Assembly (NCBI GenBank): GCA_963812085.1
Contig: CAWETL010000009.1
Coordinates: forward strand, 525,955-589,954
DNA: 64,000 nt
Reading direction: 5' to 3'
DNA from: an uncultured Gemmatimonadales bacterium
GTDB lineage: Bacteria > Gemmatimonadota > Gemmatimonadetes > Gemmatimonadales > GWC2-71-9
Translations under genes and position numbers: made by a program
The notes under the pieces: model-generated
Told to the model about the DNA's origin: nothing
Databases searched by the model: none
The model's input: the letters and a program-made list of their open reading frames with translations, nothing else
Shown here: positions 56,889 to 64,000 of the stretch, piece by piece
Layout: each line of letters opens with the position of its first letter
Position numbering within the stretch: the stretch's first letter is position 1

Positions 56889-58421
56889 ATGCGGACCCAG
56901 ACCCTGATCCTCGCCAGCCTCGCCTCCCTCGCCCTCGGCGCCTGCAAGAAGGAGACGCCGCAGCTGGTCTACCAGGCGGTTCCCGTGGAGCGGCGCAATA
57001 TCGTCGTCTCCGCCCAGGCGTCGGGCGCCATCCAGCCCGACACCACCGTCGAGGTGAAGTCGAAGGCCTCCGGCGAAATCCTCGAACTGATGGTGGAAAC
57101 CGGGCAGGTCGTGCCCCGCGGCACGCTGATGGTCCGGGTGGACCAGCGGACCGCCCGCAATACGCTGGCCCAGGCGGAAGCCCAGCTCGAGGTGGCCCGT
57201 GCCAGCCTCCAGAACGCCCAGGTGCAGCGGGACCGGGCCAACGACCTGTTCAAGTCGCAGTCCATCACGAAGGCGGAGCAGGAGACGGCGACGCTCAATT
57301 ACGCAAGCGCCAAGTCGAACCTGGTCAGCGCCCAGGTGGCCGTCGAGAACGCCAAGATCAAGCTGGCGGACACCGACGTCCGCGCGCCGATCACCGGCAC
57401 GATCATCTCGAAGACCGTCGAGCGGGGCCAGGTCATTTCCTCCCCCACGAGCGACGTCGGCGGCGGCACCGTGCTGCTCCAGATGGCCGACCTGAACCTC
57501 GTCCAGGTGCGCGCGCTGGTCGACGAGACCGACATCGGGAAGATCCGGGCGGGGCTCCCCGTGACCGTCACGGTGGACGCCTTCCCGAACACGCCCTTCG
57601 ATGGGCGGGTCATCAAGGTCGAACCCTTGGCGGAGACCCAGCAGAACGTCACGATGTTTCCGGTCATCATCGGCATCCAGAACCGGGACGGGCGGCTCCG
57701 GCCAGGCATGAACACCGAGGTGGAGATCCACGTCGGCCAGCGCGACAGCGTCCTGGCCGTGCCGAACGCGGCGCTCCGGACCCAGAAGGACGTGGGCTCC
57801 GCGGCCCAGGTGCTTGGCATTGATCCGACCGCCGTGCCGGCCATGCTGGCCGCCAACGACAGCGCCGCCAAGCCGGCCGCCGATACCGCCGCCGGCCGCA
57901 CCACACTGGCTGCGCAGGCCCCGCACGACAGCGGCGCGCCCGCCGCAGCGCCGGCCAAGCCGGCCGGCAACACCTTCACCACGCCCGACGGGCGGGTGAT
58001 CGCCCTTCCGCCCGGAGTCACCGAGGCGCAGGTCCGCGCGATCTTCGCGAAGCGGATGAGCGGCCAGGAGCCGACCGACGCCGAGCGCGCCATCCTGCGC
58101 CAGGTATTCGCCGGCATGGGCGGCGGCGGGGGGCGGCCCCGTCCCGCCAGCAACGACTTCCAGTTCGGCGGGAAGTACATCGTCTTCGTGCTGCGGGACG
58201 GCAAGCCCACCCCGGTGAACATCAAGACCGGGCTGACCGACCTCGACTACAGCGAGGTCACCAGCGGCCTGGCGGCGGGGGATTCCGTCGTCTTGCTGCC
58301 GAGCGCGGGCATGATCCAGTCCCAGGCGGAGTTCAAGCAGCGCATCGGCAACATCACCGGCGGCGGGCTCCCCGGTGTACGGCAGCAGACGCCGACACCG
58401 GCGGCAGGCGGAGGGCGCTGA
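56889..58421 (+). CDS. Periplasmic adaptor (membrane fusion protein, MacA/HlyD family) with an extended Ala/Pro-rich insertion
   Basis: Lipobox-like LALGAC. Coiled-coil hairpin region. APITGTIISK lipoyl motif. Beta-barrel and MP domains. Confidence 0.88.
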   Translation: MRTQTLILASLASLALGACKKETPQLVYQAVPVERRNIVVSAQASGAIQPDTTVEVKSKASGEILELMVETGQVVPRGTLMVRVDQRTARNTLAQAEAQLEVARASLQNAQVQRDRANDLFKSQSITKAEQETATLNYASAKSNLVSAQVAVENAKIKLADTDVRAPITGTIISKTVERGQVISSPTSDVGGGTVLLQMADLNLVQVRALVDETDIGKIRAGLPVTVTVDAFPNTPFDGRVIKVEPLAETQQNVTMFPVIIGIQNRDGRLRPGMNTEVEIHVGQRDSVLAVPNAALRTQKDVGSAAQVLGIDPTAVPAMLAANDSAAKPAADTAAGRTTLAAQAPHDSGAPAAAPAKPAGNTFTTPDGRVIALPPGVTEAQVRAIFAKRMSGQEPTDAERAILRQVFAGMGGGGGRPRPASNDFQFGGKYIVFVLRDGKPTPVNIKTGLTDLDYSEVTSGLAAGDSVVLLPSAGMIQSQAEFKQRIGNITGGGLPGVRQQTPTPAAGGGR

Positions 58422-58423
58422 CC

Positions 58424-59638
58424 ATGATGTTCGGCGAGACGATCGCGGTCGCCTTCCAGTCGATCCGCGCCAACAAGCTCCGGGCGTCCCTCACGATGCT
58501 CGGCGTGATCATCGGCGTCGCCGCCGTCATCGCGATGGTGGCGCTCGGCAACGGCGCCCAGCGCGCCGTGAACGACCGGATCGCCGCGCTGGGCGCCAAC
58601 CTGCTCACCATCTACCCCGGTCAGATGTTCCGCATGGGCGTGGCGTCGAACGTCCGGGTGAGCCTCACCACGGACGACGCGGAGGCGCTCAAGCGCGACG
58701 CGACGCTGCTCTCCGCCGTGGTGCCCGAGATGCAGTCGCAGCTGCAGGTCAAGTACGGCAACAAGAACATCAACTCCAACATCATCGGCACCACGGCCAA
58801 CTACGCCGAGGTGCGAAACTACACCGTCCCCTACGGCCGGATGTTCACCCAGGGCGACGACCAGGGCCGGGAACGCTACGCCGTCCTCGGGTGGGACGTG
58901 CCGGAGTTGCTCGGCGGCAACGCCGCCGCGATGATCGGCCAGACCATCATGCTCCGGGGCATTCCGTTCGAGATCATCGGCGTGCTGAGCCGGAAGGGCT
59001 CCGCCGGGTCGTTCCAGAACCCGGACGAGCAGATTCTCATTCCCCTGCAAACCGCGCGGTACCGGATCTTCGGCAGCGACCGCCTCCGGTCCATGACGGT
59101 CCAGGTGGCCCCGGGCGTGCCGCTACAGCAGGGCATGGTGGATTTCGAGCGGATCCTCCGCCGGGAGCACAAGATCCGGCCGGGCGCCGACAACGATTTC
59201 CAGGTCCGCAACCAGCAGGACATCCTGGCCACGCAGCAGCAGGCCACCCAGGTCTTCACCGCGCTGCTGGCCAGCATCGCCGGGGTCAGCCTCCTGGTGG
59301 GTGGCATCGGGATCATGAACATCATGCTGGTCTCGGTCACCGAGCGCACCCGCGAGATCGGCATCCGGAAGGCGCTCGGCGCCACCCGGGCCAACATCCT
59401 CCTGCAGTTCCTGATCGAGGCGATGGTGCTGTCCTTCGTCGGCGGGACCCTGGGCATTCTGCTGGGGAGCGGCACCGCAGTGGCGTTGTCCAGGCTGGCG
59501 GGGTGGAACACGTTCATCTCGCCGACGGCCATCGTCGTGGCATTCGTGTTCAGCGCCGGCGTCGGCCTGTTCTTCGGCATCTGGCCCGCCCGACGCGCCG
59601 CCCGGCTCGATCCCATCATCGCCCTGCGCTATGAGTAG
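58424..59638 (+). CDS. ABC transporter permease (MacB-like, FtsX domain with periplasmic domain)
   Basis: Layout is TM1, then a roughly 220-aa periplasmic domain, then 3 TM segments. Typical stretches SIRANKLRASLTMLGVIIGVAAVI, ERTREIGIRKALGA and PARRAARLDPI. Confidence 0.9.
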   Translation: MMFGETIAVAFQSIRANKLRASLTMLGVIIGVAAVIAMVALGNGAQRAVNDRIAALGANLLTIYPGQMFRMGVASNVRVSLTTDDAEALKRDATLLSAVVPEMQSQLQVKYGNKNINSNIIGTTANYAEVRNYTVPYGRMFTQGDDQGRERYAVLGWDVPELLGGNAAAMIGQTIMLRGIPFEIIGVLSRKGSAGSFQNPDEQILIPLQTARYRIFGSDRLRSMTVQVAPGVPLQQGMVDFERILRREHKIRPGADNDFQVRNQQDILATQQQATQVFTALLASIAGVSLLVGGIGIMNIMLVSVTERTREIGIRKALGATRANILLQFLIEAMVLSFVGGTLGILLGSGTAVALSRLAGWNTFISPTAIVVAFVFSAGVGLFFGIWPARRAARLDPIIALRYE

Positions 59639-60182
59639 GGCCGCACTCGCGGCCCTCACCCTCCTGGTCCTCGGCGGCTGCGGCCCGGCGGCAGCGCCGG
59701 CCAGCAGCCCGGGGGGCCCGGGCCGGATCTACCCGATGGCGCCGCCTGCCCCGGAGTTCCTCCAGGCGCCCGCCGTCCCCGCGATCGCCGGCTTCAGCAG
59801 CGCGGTCAAGGTCGGGCAGACGGTCTACCTGGCCGGGCAGGTGCCGCTGGACAGCACCGGCCTCCTCGTGGGCCGCGGCGACCGGACCGCCCAGCTGCGC
59901 CAGGCGCTGGCCAACGCCAGCGCCGTCGTGCGGTATGCGCGCGGCGTGCCGGCCGACATCATCCGGCTCACCATTTACTGCGTCGGATGCACCCCCGGAG
60001 ACTTCGACAACCTTCGTGCCGAGGCCGCCGGTCTCTTTCCGAAGGACGAGGGCGCCGCCCTGACCATGCTTGGCGTGGCCGCGCTGCCGGAGCCCGAGCT
60101 GCTGGTGGCGGTGGACGCCGTGGCGGTGCTTCGCGGGGCCTATCCCGATCGGAATCGTGACCCCGGGACCACCCCACAGTAG
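59631..60182 (+). CDS. RidA/YjgF-family protein with lipoprotein signal peptide
   Basis: Lipobox LLVLGGC followed by a RidA-like core (VKVGQTVYLAGQVPLD...IIRLTIY...VAVDAVAV). Overlaps the permease gene end by 8 nt. Confidence 0.7.
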   Translation: MSRAALAALTLLVLGGCGPAAAPASSPGGPGRIYPMAPPAPEFLQAPAVPAIAGFSSAVKVGQTVYLAGQVPLDSTGLLVGRGDRTAQLRQALANASAVVRYARGVPADIIRLTIYCVGCTPGDFDNLRAEAAGLFPKDEGAALTMLGVAALPEPELLVAVDAVAVLRGAYPDRNRDPGTTPQ

Positions 60183-60192
60183 ATTGTCCTGA

Positions 60193-62442
60193 ATGCTTAT
60201 TCCCCTCCTGGCCGTCCTGGTGCAGAATCCGCTCCAGGCTCCCTCGCCATCGGTCACGATCCCGCGCATCGACACCGTCATCACGGTCGACGGGAAGCTG
60301 GACGAGCCGGTCTGGGCAAGGGCCGCGCGTCTCGAGGGCTTCCACCAGTATCGCCCGGTGGACGGCCGGCCCGCCGAGGAAGAGACCATCCTGCTCGTCT
60401 GGTACTCGCCCACCGCCGTTCATATCGGCGTGATCGCGCACGACACCGACCCCGGCAGCATCCGCGCCACCTTCACCGACCGCGACAAGATCGACGGCGA
60501 GGACCGGGTCCGGATCTACCTGGACACGTTCAACGATCGCCGCCGCGCGGCGTTCTTCGGCGTGAACGGCCTCGGGGTCCAGGAGGACGGGCTCCGGAGC
60601 GAGACCGGCACGAACGCCGGCAGCCTCTTCGGCGGCCAGGACGACCTCAACGTCGACTTCCTCTGGGATTCGAAGGGCCAGTTGACGGACCGCGGGTACG
60701 AGGTCGAGATCCGCATCCCCTTCAAGAGCCTCCAGTACAGTTCCGGCCCGCAGACCTGGGGGTTCAACGCGGTCCGTTACGTGAAGCGAAGCGCGTTCGA
60801 GGACACCTGGACCGACGTGCGCCGGGCCAACTCCAGCTTTCTGGCGCAGGAGGGAACCATCACCGGCCTCGCGGACATGCAGCGCGGCGTGGTGCTGGAG
60901 GCCCAACCTTTCGTGACCGCCTCCTGGAACGGCAGCCGCGACGACGCCGGGACCTTTGCGCGCGGCGACCCGTCGCCGAGCGCGGGCGTCAACCTGCAGG
61001 TCGCGACCACCAGCATGGCGTTCGACGGCACCATCAACCCCGACTTCAGCCAGATCGAGTCCGACGCCAGCCTGATCACGGTGAACGAGCGGTTTGCCCT
61101 CTTCCTGCCCGAAAAGCGGCCGTTCTTCCTCAAGGGCATCGACCTGTTCACCACCCCCGGGCAGCTGATCTACACCCGGCGGATCGCCGACCCGATCGGG
61201 GGCGCCAAGCTCACCGGCAAGCTGGGCCGCAACAGCATCGCCTACCTGGGCGCCGTCGATGAGCTTCCGGGCGACAACGCAGTCTTCAATATCCTGCGGG
61301 TGCGCCGTGACCTCGGCACGAACAGTGTGGCCGGGCTGACCTACACCGACCGGATCCAGGGCAACGCGTACAACCGCGTCCTGGAGGGCGACGCGCACAT
61401 CGTCTTCGCCACCCTGTATTTCGTGGAGGCCCAGTACGGACAGTCCTGGACGTATCTCGATGACGGGCTGGCCACGGCCAGCGACCCCATCTGGAAGCTG
61501 ACGTTCGACCGGACCGGCCGGACCTGGGGATTCAACTACAGCATCAACGGGATCGGCACGGACTTCGTGGCCGGGGCCGGGTTCGTGCCCCGCAACGATA
61601 TCGTGACGGCGCACATCTTCAACCGATTCTCCTTGTACGGGGCCAAGGGCGCGCTGCTGGAGAATTTCACGACCTTCTTCGGCCCCACTTGGCTGTACGA
61701 CTACCAGGACTTCGGCCACACCGCGCCGCTCGAGGGCAACGAGGAAATCACCTTCCAGTTCCAGCTGCGCGGGGGCTGGCAGCTCAGCAGCGCTGTCCAG
61801 CGGGACTACACGACCTTCGACCCGCTCTCCTACACCGGCATCGAGACCGCGCCGGGGGTGCCGTTCGCGCCGCCGCCGACGCTGGACAACCTGTTCACGG
61901 GGTCACTCTCCGTCACCACGCCGACCTACAAGACCTTCAACGCGGCCGTCACCTTCAAGGCCGGCGAGACGCCGCTCTACGCCGAGGGAAGCGCGGGGAA
62001 GGGCGCCGTCCTCACCGCGAGCCTCAATCTCCGCCCGACCACCACGGTACGCCTGGCGGGCAGTCTGGCCTACGCTCACCTGACGCGCGCCTCCGACGGG
62101 TCGGAGTTCGCCAACAGCGTGATTCCCCGGTTCAAGGTCGAGTTCCAGCCCTCGGTTCCGCTGTTCTTTCGCGTCATCGCGGAGTACCAGTCCACCCGGC
62201 AGGACGCGCTGTACGATCCGGTCACCGGCCAGGTCCTGCTGGTCAACGGCGTGCCGTCCACCCCGGTCAATTCCGGCAGCCTGCAGGTGAACTGGCTGGC
62301 GTCCTACGAGCCCAGCCCCGGCACCGTCGCGTTCCTCGGCTACGGCTCCACATCGTCCACCGACGCCGCATTCGAGTTCAACACGCTGCAGCGCCAAGCC
62401 GACGGTTTCTTCCTGAAGCTCGCGTATCTCTACCGCCGGTAG
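60193..62442 (+). CDS. Carbohydrate-binding-family-9-like (DOMON-like) N-terminal domain plus large DUF5916-type beta-rich domain
   Basis: The N-terminus IDTVITVDGKLDEPVWARAARLEGFHQYRPVDG...VRIYLDTFNDRRRA matches my memory of CBM9/DUF5916 proteins. The protein ends LKLAYLYRR. Confidence 0.65.
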   Translation: MLIPLLAVLVQNPLQAPSPSVTIPRIDTVITVDGKLDEPVWARAARLEGFHQYRPVDGRPAEEETILLVWYSPTAVHIGVIAHDTDPGSIRATFTDRDKIDGEDRVRIYLDTFNDRRRAAFFGVNGLGVQEDGLRSETGTNAGSLFGGQDDLNVDFLWDSKGQLTDRGYEVEIRIPFKSLQYSSGPQTWGFNAVRYVKRSAFEDTWTDVRRANSSFLAQEGTITGLADMQRGVVLEAQPFVTASWNGSRDDAGTFARGDPSPSAGVNLQVATTSMAFDGTINPDFSQIESDASLITVNERFALFLPEKRPFFLKGIDLFTTPGQLIYTRRIADPIGGAKLTGKLGRNSIAYLGAVDELPGDNAVFNILRVRRDLGTNSVAGLTYTDRIQGNAYNRVLEGDAHIVFATLYFVEAQYGQSWTYLDDGLATASDPIWKLTFDRTGRTWGFNYSINGIGTDFVAGAGFVPRNDIVTAHIFNRFSLYGAKGALLENFTTFFGPTWLYDYQDFGHTAPLEGNEEITFQFQLRGGWQLSSAVQRDYTTFDPLSYTGIETAPGVPFAPPPTLDNLFTGSLSVTTPTYKTFNAAVTFKAGETPLYAEGSAGKGAVLTASLNLRPTTTVRLAGSLAYAHLTRASDGSEFANSVIPRFKVEFQPSVPLFFRVIAEYQSTRQDALYDPVTGQVLLVNGVPSTPVNSGSLQVNWLASYEPSPGTVAFLGYGSTSSTDAAFEFNTLQRQADGFFLKLAYLYRR

Positions 62443-62540
62443 GCCGGGCGGTGAAGTGACAGGCCGCGTCCGGCCTGCTTGCGCCCCCCGGCACGCGACC
62501 CCAACATAAGACCAGAAGGTTTCCCGTTTTCGGAGGCGTC

Positions 62541-63539
62541 GTGCGCCGTTCCACCATCCTCGGCACCGGATTCTGCGTGCCCGATCGCGTCGTGACCAAT
62601 GATGACCTGGCCGCGACCATGGATACGTCCGACCAGTGGATCCGCGAGCGCACCGGCATCGAGCAGCGTCACTGGGTCCGCGAGGGCCAGACCTCGGTGG
62701 ACCTGGCGCTCCCCGCCGCACAGCGCGCGCTGGAGGCGGCGGGACTCGAGCCGCACGACCTCGACGCCATCGTCTTCGCGACCTCCAGCCCGGATCATTT
62801 CTGCCCAGGCAACGGGGTGTACCTGCAGCGGGCGCTCGGGGCCGGCAACCTGCCGGCCCTCGACATCCGCACCCAGTGCAGCGGATTCGTGTACGGCCTG
62901 TCCGTGGCTGATGCGTGGATTCGTGCCGGGCAATTCGAGCGAATCCTGCTCATCGGCCAGGAGATCCAGTCCACCGGCATGGACGTCAGCACGGCCGGCC
63001 GGCATACGGCCGTGATCTTCGCGGACGGGGCCGGCGCTGCGGTGCTCGGGCCGATCGAGACCAAGGAGGAGCGCGGCCTGCTGGCGTTCGACCTCCACAG
63101 TGACGGGGACTACGCCGAAAAACTCTGGGTGGACGCCCCGGGGTCGATGTACCACCCGCGCATCACGACGCAACAGCTGGCGGAAGGCCGCCAGTGGCTG
63201 CAGATGGACGGCCGCGAGGTGTTCCGCCACGCCGTGACGAAGATGCCGGAGTCGGCGTCGGCGGCCCTGGCCAAGACGGGCCATGCCTGGAACGACGTCA
63301 ACCTGCTGATCCCCCATCAGGCCAACCTGCGGATCTCCGAGGCCGTCCAGAAGTCGCTCCGCCTCCGGGACGACCAGGTCTACAACAACATCCAGCGCTA
63401 CGGCAACACCACCGCGGCGACGATCCCGATCGCGCTCGACGAGTGCGTCCGGAGCGGCCGCCTCAAGTCGGGCGACCTGCTGGTCGTGACGGCGTTCGGC
63501 TCGGGGTTCATGTGGGGGAGTTGTGTGATTCGGTGGTAG
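62541..63539 (+). CDS. fabH: 3-oxoacyl-ACP synthase III
   Basis: Catalytic triad contexts TQCSGFVYGL (Cys), IPHQANLRI (His) and GNTTAATIP (Asn). GGAGG RBS before the GTG at 62541. Confidence 0.93.
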   Translation: MRRSTILGTGFCVPDRVVTNDDLAATMDTSDQWIRERTGIEQRHWVREGQTSVDLALPAAQRALEAAGLEPHDLDAIVFATSSPDHFCPGNGVYLQRALGAGNLPALDIRTQCSGFVYGLSVADAWIRAGQFERILLIGQEIQSTGMDVSTAGRHTAVIFADGAGAAVLGPIETKEERGLLAFDLHSDGDYAEKLWVDAPGSMYHPRITTQQLAEGRQWLQMDGREVFRHAVTKMPESASAALAKTGHAWNDVNLLIPHQANLRISEAVQKSLRLRDDQVYNNIQRYGNTTAATIPIALDECVRSGRLKSGDLLVVTAFGSGFMWGSCVIRW

Positions 63540-63576
63540 CGGCGGGGTAGGGAGGCAGGGAGGCAGGTGCTCGGCC

Positions 63577-63645
63577 GTCATCCCGGCGCAAGCCGGGATC
63601 CAGTTGGAGTCGAGGGAAATGGACCCCGGGTTGCGCCGGGGTGAC
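63577..63645. repeat. Pair of inverted REP-like 25-nt palindromic elements
   Basis: Copy 1 (63577-63601) is gtcatcccggcgcaagccgggatcc. The reverse complement of copy 2 (63621-63645) is gtcaccccggcgcaacccggggtcc, which matches at 22 of 25 positions. Each copy is itself a hairpin. Confidence 0.7.
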
Positions 63646-63721
63646 GGGCAGCGGGGTACCGGGTGAAACATCTCACCGTGATGTTTCGTACTGAAACACG
63701 CCAACAACCTCAGAGGACATT

Positions 63722-63988
63722 ATGGGCCTCATCGCCCTGCTCGTCACCGTGGCCGCCGCCGTCGGCGGCTTTGCCATCGCCCGCAGATTCGTCCGTCGGC
63801 GCCTGCGCTTCGTCGATGGCGTCTACAGCCCCGCCGCGCCCTATGTCGCCGGGCTCGTCGCCGCCCTCCTGGCCTGGCCGGTCGCCCTGCTCCCGATCGT
63901 GACCGGCGTAACGGCGGCCATCTTCGGCATCGGCGCCGGCGTGGGCACGGCGAGCGGAGTCAAGGCGCTTCGGCGCGGCGATGGCTAG
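63722..63988 (+). CDS. Small hypothetical membrane protein (88 aa, 2-3 TM)
   Basis: AGAGGA RBS at 63712-63717. Hydrophobic segments are separated by RRFVRRRLRF. Confidence 0.5.
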   Translation: MGLIALLVTVAAAVGGFAIARRFVRRRLRFVDGVYSPAAPYVAGLVAALLAWPVALLPIVTGVTAAIFGIGAGVGTASGVKALRRGDG

Positions 63989-64000
63989 CGCGCCCGTCGC

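Noticed and set aside
62430-63707. 425-aa minus-strand ORF antisense to fabH that extends through the REP-like repeats (contains IPACAGMT)
   Set aside because: The plus strand encodes an unmistakable FabH. The IPACAGMT stretch is simply the translation of the palindromic repeat, a known source of spurious ORF calls.

Overview
This is a very GC-rich bacterial chromosomal segment with a strong G/C bias at third codon positions, which produces many long spurious antisense ORFs. I can support about 68 protein-coding genes. They are densely packed and often translationally coupled through ATGA, GTGA or TTAA overlaps.

Gene content:
- Most genes are housekeeping or envelope functions.
- Methionine cycle: metH plus a homocysteine-methyltransferase/MTHFR fusion.
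- Metabolism and cell wall: acyl-CoA dehydrogenase, PBP4-type DD-peptidase, MsrB, M42 and M28 peptidases, acyl-ACP desaturase, FabH.
- Transport: a dedicated ECF-type transporter operon, FadL plus an SGNH lipase, and an ECF sigma/anti-sigma/Spy-CpxP/TolC/MacAB-like efflux cluster.
- Repair and other: a PolX-Nth repair operon, cyclophilin, HD and PLD (cardiolipin-synthase-like) proteins.

I recognised no rRNA, tRNA, CRISPR array, transposase, integrase or classical defence island by eye. The window looks like core chromosome rather than an accessory island. The lineage cannot be verified here; the gene repertoire and GC content would fit a high-GC soil phylum such as Gemmatimonadota.

Most unusual observations:
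1. 37.1-43.3 kb signalling locus. An operon encodes a hybrid histidine kinase (2 REC domains), a CheY-like regulator, an exported protein and a single-polypeptide RsbW-like kinase::STAS fusion. It converges on a REC-PP2C phosphatase gene, and the two stop codons overlap. No sigma factor or Hpt domain is present.
2. ECF transporter (28.2-32.6 kb). Its two ATPase subunits carry complementary degenerate motifs that predict one dead ATP site. A HEAT-repeat protein is translationally coupled as a fifth gene.
3. A 564-aa exported protein that joins a beta-barrel-like half to a helical half with four F-D-x-x-H type motifs.
4. A 113-aa two-TM protein with a K-channel-like pore and a non-canonical filter.
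5. A pruA frameshift in a poly-G tract.
6. A 33-aa lipoprotein gene that falls below the ORF-track cutoff.
7. A pair of inverted REP-like palindromes after fabH.

All functional calls rest on motif recognition and remembered family signatures. No database search was run.
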